Source of the DNA: a virus
DNA: 64,000 nucleotides
Virus record (IMG/VR): IMGVR_UViG_3300008450_000004
Coordinates: 1-64,000 of that record
Strand: one strand, 5' to 3'
This document shows positions 59,625-64,000 of the stretch, piece after piece (position 1 is the stretch's first letter; each line of letters opens with the position of its first letter). The notes below the pieces were generated by a model, which saw nothing but the letters and a program-made list of their open reading frames with translations, had not been told where the DNA came from and ran no database searches. The position numbers and the translations under genes were made by a program.

Positions 59625-60161
59625 ATGAAATATTTTGATGAATTAAAGCGATCTATGGATTGGCTTAGTGAAAAACCAGACACCCTATTCTTAGGACAGG
59701 CTGTGGAATATGCTGGAACTGCAATTACTAATACATTAAAAGATGTAGACAGAAATAAAATGCTTGAAATGCCCGTAAATGAAGATATGCAAATGGGCAT
59801 GACATTAGGTATGGCTTTAAATAACACAGTACCTATTTCTATTTACCCTAGATGGAATTTTTTATTATTAGCAGCTAACCAGTTAGTAAACCATATAGAT
59901 AAAATTAAAATTATGTCTGATGGTGGGTATGCACCTAAAATCATTATTAGAACATCTATTGGTGCACAACGCCCACTTCATCCTCAGCACCAACATATTG
60001 CTGATTTTACACCTGGTTTTAAAGCTATGTGTGATTGGGTTGATTTTATTAGATTAGATGAACCTTACCAAATTTTTGATGCATTTAAATATGCATATGA
60101 AAGAACAGATAACCGTCCAACTGTACTAGTTGAATGGGGAGATTACTACGGAGAAAAATAA
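59625..60161 (+). CDS. TPP-dependent enzyme, E1 beta-like subunit (pyrimidine-binding domain only)
   Basis: FLGQAV, EMPVNEDMQMG.TLG.A, NQLVN and QH motifs. Confidence 0.85.
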   Translation: MKYFDELKRSMDWLSEKPDTLFLGQAVEYAGTAITNTLKDVDRNKMLEMPVNEDMQMGMTLGMALNNTVPISIYPRWNFLLLAANQLVNHIDKIKIMSDGGYAPKIIIRTSIGAQRPLHPQHQHIADFTPGFKAMCDWVDFIRLDEPYQIFDAFKYAYERTDNRPTVLVEWGDYYGEK

Positions 60162-60164
60162 CAT

Positions 60165-61340
60165 ATGAATAACTTTTATTTACCTTTAATGAGTGATAAT
60201 ATTGATAAAGAAGATATCAATTCACTAATTGACTTTTTAAGTCAAGATCAAATACCTAAATTAACCAACGGACCTAAAGTCATTGAATTTGAAAACAAAT
60301 GGGGTGAATGGTTAGGAACTAAATATAATCTAATGGTTAACTCAGGAGCATCTGCTAATGAATTAACAATGTTAGCTTTAAATTACATACACGGCCAAGG
60401 TGAAATTATAGTACCACCACTTACTTGGATTTCAGATATTTCATCTGTTATTTTTAGTGGATTTAAACCTGTATTTTGTGATATTAATTTAAAGAATTTC
60501 TCATTTGATATTGATAAATTAAAACAAACAATCACACCTGATACTAAAGCTATATTCTTAACTCATGTATTAGGTATTAATGCTTTAACTGATGAGTTAA
60601 TTCAGTTATGTAAAGATAACAATATATTATTGATTGAAGATGTTTGTGAATCACACGGTGTAACATTTAAAGGACAAAAAGCTGGTTCAATTGGTTTTGC
60701 TTCTAATTTTAGTTTTTATTTTGCACATCATATGTCTACTATTGAAGGTGGAATGATCTGTACTAATGATGAATATTTTTATCAAGTATGTAGAGCATTA
60801 CGTTCTCATGGTATGACTAGAGAAATGACTGATAATAATTTAAAACAAGAAATCATTGAAAACCACCCTGATTTAAATCCAGATTTTATTTTCCTACACC
60901 CAGCACATAATTTTAGAAGTACTGAAATCAATGCAGTAATTGGTTTATCTCAAATTAAAAAATTAGATTCAAATAACACACATAGAATAGATAATTTTAA
61001 TTATTTTATGAGTAAACTAGATTCTAACAAATACCATACTGATATTGAATTAGAAGGTCAATGTAACTATGCTTTTATAATTGTATTAAAAGATGGTTCA
61101 TTTGAAATGAGAGATAAAGTAGAATCAACATTACGAGAAAAAGGTATTGAATTTAGAAGAGGCTTATCAGGTGGTGGTAATCAATTAAGACAACCATATT
61201 TTAAGAAAAACTATAACATCAACTATGATGATTTTAAAAATATGGATCATGTTCATCATTTTGGTTGGTATGTTGGTAATTACCCAACATTAGAAAGAGA
61301 AAAAATTGATACATTAATTAAAACACTAAACAATCTATGA
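60165..61340 (+). CDS. PLP-dependent NDP-4-keto-6-deoxyhexose 3-dehydratase (ColD/RfbH-type)
   Basis: NSGASAN and EDVCES; SFYFAHHMSTIEGG has His in place of the aminotransferase Lys. Confidence 0.82.
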   Translation: MNNFYLPLMSDNIDKEDINSLIDFLSQDQIPKLTNGPKVIEFENKWGEWLGTKYNLMVNSGASANELTMLALNYIHGQGEIIVPPLTWISDISSVIFSGFKPVFCDINLKNFSFDIDKLKQTITPDTKAIFLTHVLGINALTDELIQLCKDNNILLIEDVCESHGVTFKGQKAGSIGFASNFSFYFAHHMSTIEGGMICTNDEYFYQVCRALRSHGMTREMTDNNLKQEIIENHPDLNPDFIFLHPAHNFRSTEINAVIGLSQIKKLDSNNTHRIDNFNYFMSKLDSNKYHTDIELEGQCNYAFIIVLKDGSFEMRDKVESTLREKGIEFRRGLSGGGNQLRQPYFKKNYNINYDDFKNMDHVHHFGWYVGNYPTLEREKIDTLIKTLNNL

Positions 61341-61831
61341 GAATACCAGTACACCCAGATGTAAAGATTTATAACCACGATGTCCATTATGATTTTAGAG
61401 GTGAATTATGGACATTATGGAAAGAAGGCGAATTTCCTAGAACTGATGTTAAATTCAATCATGATAAGATTTCTACCTCAAGAAAACATGTTTTAAGGGG
61501 AATCCATGGTGATTCTAAAGCATGGAAGTTAGTAGAATGTCTTTATGGTGAGCTATATTTTGTTGTTGTAGATAATAGACCTGAATCAAAAAACTACAAG
61601 AATTGGACAGGTATGATGCTCTCAGACAAAACAAGACAATCAGTATTACTCCCCCCAGGATTTGGAAACGGATTTTTAGTAATGAGTGATCATTCAGTAT
61701 TTCATTATAAATGGGCATATGAAGGAAAATACCCAGATGTTGATGAACAATTTACATTAAAATGGAATGATCCTGAATTAGATATTGAATGGCCTATTGA
61801 TAACCCAATTTTACAAAAAAGAGATAAATAA
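61337..61831 (+). CDS. rmlC: NDP-4-keto-6-deoxyhexose 3,5-epimerase (RmlC-like)
   Basis: DFRG, VLRGIHG, VVDNRPES, PPGFGNGF and WNDP..I.WP motifs. Confidence 0.88.
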   Translation: MRIPVHPDVKIYNHDVHYDFRGELWTLWKEGEFPRTDVKFNHDKISTSRKHVLRGIHGDSKAWKLVECLYGELYFVVVDNRPESKNYKNWTGMMLSDKTRQSVLLPPGFGNGFLVMSDHSVFHYKWAYEGKYPDVDEQFTLKWNDPELDIEWPIDNPILQKRDK

Positions 61832-62310
61832 TGAATTTTAAAAATTTTATTAGAGAAGTTCCTGATTTCCCTAAACCAGGGGTTTCATTTAAGGATATAT
61901 CGCCTTTATTGCAATCACCTATGTTTCCTTATATTATTGCACAAATAAAAGCACTATCATCTATTCCTAATTATTGGGTAGGTATTGATTCTAGAGGCTT
62001 TATATTCGCCTCAGCCTTATCTATGTCTAGTGGAGGTGGATTAGTAATGTGTAGGAAAAAAGGTAAATTACCTCCTCCAGTTGTAAGTGAAACATACAGT
62101 TTGGAATATGGTGAAGATACATTAGAAATGCAACCTGGTAGAGGTACTGTAGTAATAGTAGATGATGTTTATGCTACTGGTGGTACTATGGATGCTGTTG
62201 AAAAATTATGTATTAAAGCAGGGTATAATGTTATAGATAAATTAGTATTAATTGATTTAAAATTTCTTCATGAACCCACAAATGTTAAGAGTTTAATACA
62301 GTATGAGTAA
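61831..62310 (+). CDS. apt: adenine phosphoribosyltransferase
   Basis: PDFPKPGVSFKDI, SRGF, RKKGKLP, LEYG and VDDVYATGGT motifs. Confidence 0.93.
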   Translation: MNFKNFIREVPDFPKPGVSFKDISPLLQSPMFPYIIAQIKALSSIPNYWVGIDSRGFIFASALSMSSGGGLVMCRKKGKLPPPVVSETYSLEYGEDTLEMQPGRGTVVIVDDVYATGGTMDAVEKLCIKAGYNVIDKLVLIDLKFLHEPTNVKSLIQYE

Positions 62311-62857
62311 AGTTTTTATAATAGCACTAACAGATGAAACAGGTGGTGTTGGAGAGATAGGAAATTATCCTATTATATATAGTGGTGTTGGTAAAATTAA
62401 TGCTACTATGGCTGCTTATAATGCCTTTACTAAAGGATATACTGAGGTTATTAATATTGGGTCTTGTGGGTCATTAAAACATAAACCAGGAACAATAATT
62501 AAAGTAGGATCTGTATTTCAAGATATAGATGCTAGACCTTTATGTGAATATGGAGAAACACCATTTGAACCACAATATAAACAAGTAGTTTTAGATAGAA
62601 CTACCCTTTCTACTTGTTTTTCTACAGATTATTTCATAGATTTATCTCAGAAAGAAAAATATTCTAAAGAATACATCAAAATGGTAAATAATTGTGATAT
62701 ATTTGATATGGAATGTTTTGCTTTAGCTAAAGTATGTCATCGTTTCAACATTAAATTTAGCTCATATAAATGGGTTTCAGATAATGGTGATGGTGGTGAT
62801 TGGAAAGAAAATTGTAAAATAGGTTTTGAACAAGTAAAACGATTATTGAATGAGTAA
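62303..62857 (+). CDS. MTA/SAH nucleosidase-like protein
   Basis: SGVGKINA, NIGSCG, DMECFA and KWVSD motifs. Confidence 0.85.
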   Translation: MSKVFIIALTDETGGVGEIGNYPIIYSGVGKINATMAAYNAFTKGYTEVINIGSCGSLKHKPGTIIKVGSVFQDIDARPLCEYGETPFEPQYKQVVLDRTTLSTCFSTDYFIDLSQKEKYSKEYIKMVNNCDIFDMECFALAKVCHRFNIKFSSYKWVSDNGDGGDWKENCKIGFEQVKRLLNE

Positions 62858-63632
62858 TCTAAAAAAAGAAGAATTTAAAAATTTTAATGTATTAATTATA
62901 GGTGATACATGTATAGATCAATTTATTTATGGTTCTGCTGTTCGTTTAGCACCCGAAGCACCTGTACCTGTATTTAATCCGTTAAATGAAGAAACTAATG
63001 CAGGAATGGCAGGCAATGTTGTTGCTAATCTAAAAGCATTAGGCATCCATACTTATTTTATATGCAACCCAGAAATTGTTACTAAAACAAGATATGTTGA
63101 TGATAGATCCGGACAAATTTTATTACGTGTAGATAAAAATGATAAAATAGCTCCAATTGAACCTGGTACAATTAAATCTATAAAAAACAATATGGTTAAT
63201 GGTACTAAATTAGATGCTATTATTGTTAGTGATTATGATAAAGGTTTTCTAGGAGAAGAAGATATTCAATTTATTTGTGAAAATAATACTAATGTATTCA
63301 TCGATACTAAAAAAATACTAGATAAATGGTGTGTTAATGCTTCATTTATTAAAATAAATCATGTTGAGTATGAACACACAGAATATTCTTTAAAAGACTT
63401 AAACATTGAAGACAAATTAATCATTACTTTATCAAACAAAGGATGCCAGTATAAAGGTAAATTATTTCCCGTTAATAAAGTTCAAATTAAAGACGTATCT
63501 GGAGCAGGAGATACTTTCCTTTCAGGATTAGTAGCAGAATATGTTTTAACTAAAAATATAGAAAAATCAATTAAATTTGCCCAAGAATGTGCTACTGTAG
63601 TAGTACAAAAACAAGGCGTAGCAACAGTATAA
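62850..63632 (+). CDS. HldE/RfaE kinase-domain (heptose-7-phosphate kinase-like) PfkB protein
   Basis: GDTCID, APEAPVPV, SDYDKG and DVSGAGDTF motifs. Confidence 0.88.
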   Translation: MSNLKKEEFKNFNVLIIGDTCIDQFIYGSAVRLAPEAPVPVFNPLNEETNAGMAGNVVANLKALGIHTYFICNPEIVTKTRYVDDRSGQILLRVDKNDKIAPIEPGTIKSIKNNMVNGTKLDAIIVSDYDKGFLGEEDIQFICENNTNVFIDTKKILDKWCVNASFIKINHVEYEHTEYSLKDLNIEDKLIITLSNKGCQYKGKLFPVNKVQIKDVSGAGDTFLSGLVAEYVLTKNIEKSIKFAQECATVVVQKQGVATV

Positions 63633-63634
63633 TT

Positions 63635-64000
63635 ATGGTCACGTATAACATAGAATCAGTAGGCAATGTATCTTTTCATGAGCCACTCAATGCAGAAGCA
63701 TTTAAATTTAAACATGAAAAATTTTCAGAATTAATTCCCAAAGGCTCAATTGTTTTAGATATTGGTGCTCACGTTGGTGGATTTAGTATTGTATTTGGGA
63801 GTTGTGTAGGTGAAAATGGTAAAGTACTTGCTTTTGAACCTAATCCTAAAACGTATGGTGTGTTAGTAGAAAATGCAAAAAATAACCCTACTTTTAATAT
63901 CATTCCTCACAATTTAGCTAGCACCCCTGAAACCAAAAAATACACATTTAATTATTCAGATCCTACTTTATATAATAATGGAATGAATGGTGGTTATTTT
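63635..64000 (+). CDS. FkbM-family methyltransferase, partial (runs off the window)
   Basis: Translated by hand: VLDIGAHVG..GKVLAFEPNP..L..N. Confidence 0.82.
   Translation, partial: MVTYNIESVGNVSFHEPLNAEAFKFKHEKFSELIPKGSIVLDIGAHVGGFSIVFGSCVGENGKVLAFEPNPKTYGVLVENAKNNPTFNIIPHNLASTPETKKYTFNYSDPTLYNNGMNGGYF

Noticed and set aside
59014-60161. Pyruvate dehydrogenase auxiliary metabolic genes
   Set aside because: The subunits are truncated, no E2 or E3 is present, and the context is NDP-sugar biosynthesis
2054-61718. Minus-strand and nested ORFs in the ORF track (e.g. 8142-8495, 9975-10292, 58642-58857)
   Set aside because: They are shadows of well-supported + strand genes and carry no motifs; 9975-10292 is the antisense of the Thr repeat
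1-64000. Stop-codon reassignment
   Set aside because: Conserved genes are full length in the standard code and end in TAA, TAG or TGA at the expected places

Overview
This window is a segment of a large, AT-rich, T4-like myovirus genome with all credible genes on the + strand. The host is probably a Bacteroidota, inferred from TTTG-N19/20-TAnnTTTA promoters and the absence of Shine-Dalgarno sites. From left to right it holds: (1) a contractile tail module (sheath, tube, chaperone with a probable +1/-2 frameshift extension, tape measure, baseplate, hub with a cell-wall hydrolase domain); (2) replication and recombination genes (short PolA-like protein, gp32 SSB, UvsX, 5'-3' exonuclease, helicase, thioredoxin, class II RNR); (3) a 7-deazaguanine DNA-modification locus (DpdA-like, QueC, QueD, QueE, FolE) that also carries an HPRT and a nucleotidyltransferase-like gene; (4) PolB, clamp, clamp loader and GroES/GroEL; (5) a >17 kb sugar-biosynthesis and glycosylation island that runs off the right edge. 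Five free-standing homing endonuclease genes are present, and one splits a GT2 gene into two ORFs. I found no tRNA, rRNA or CRISPR array. All product calls come from motif recognition by eye; no database search was run.
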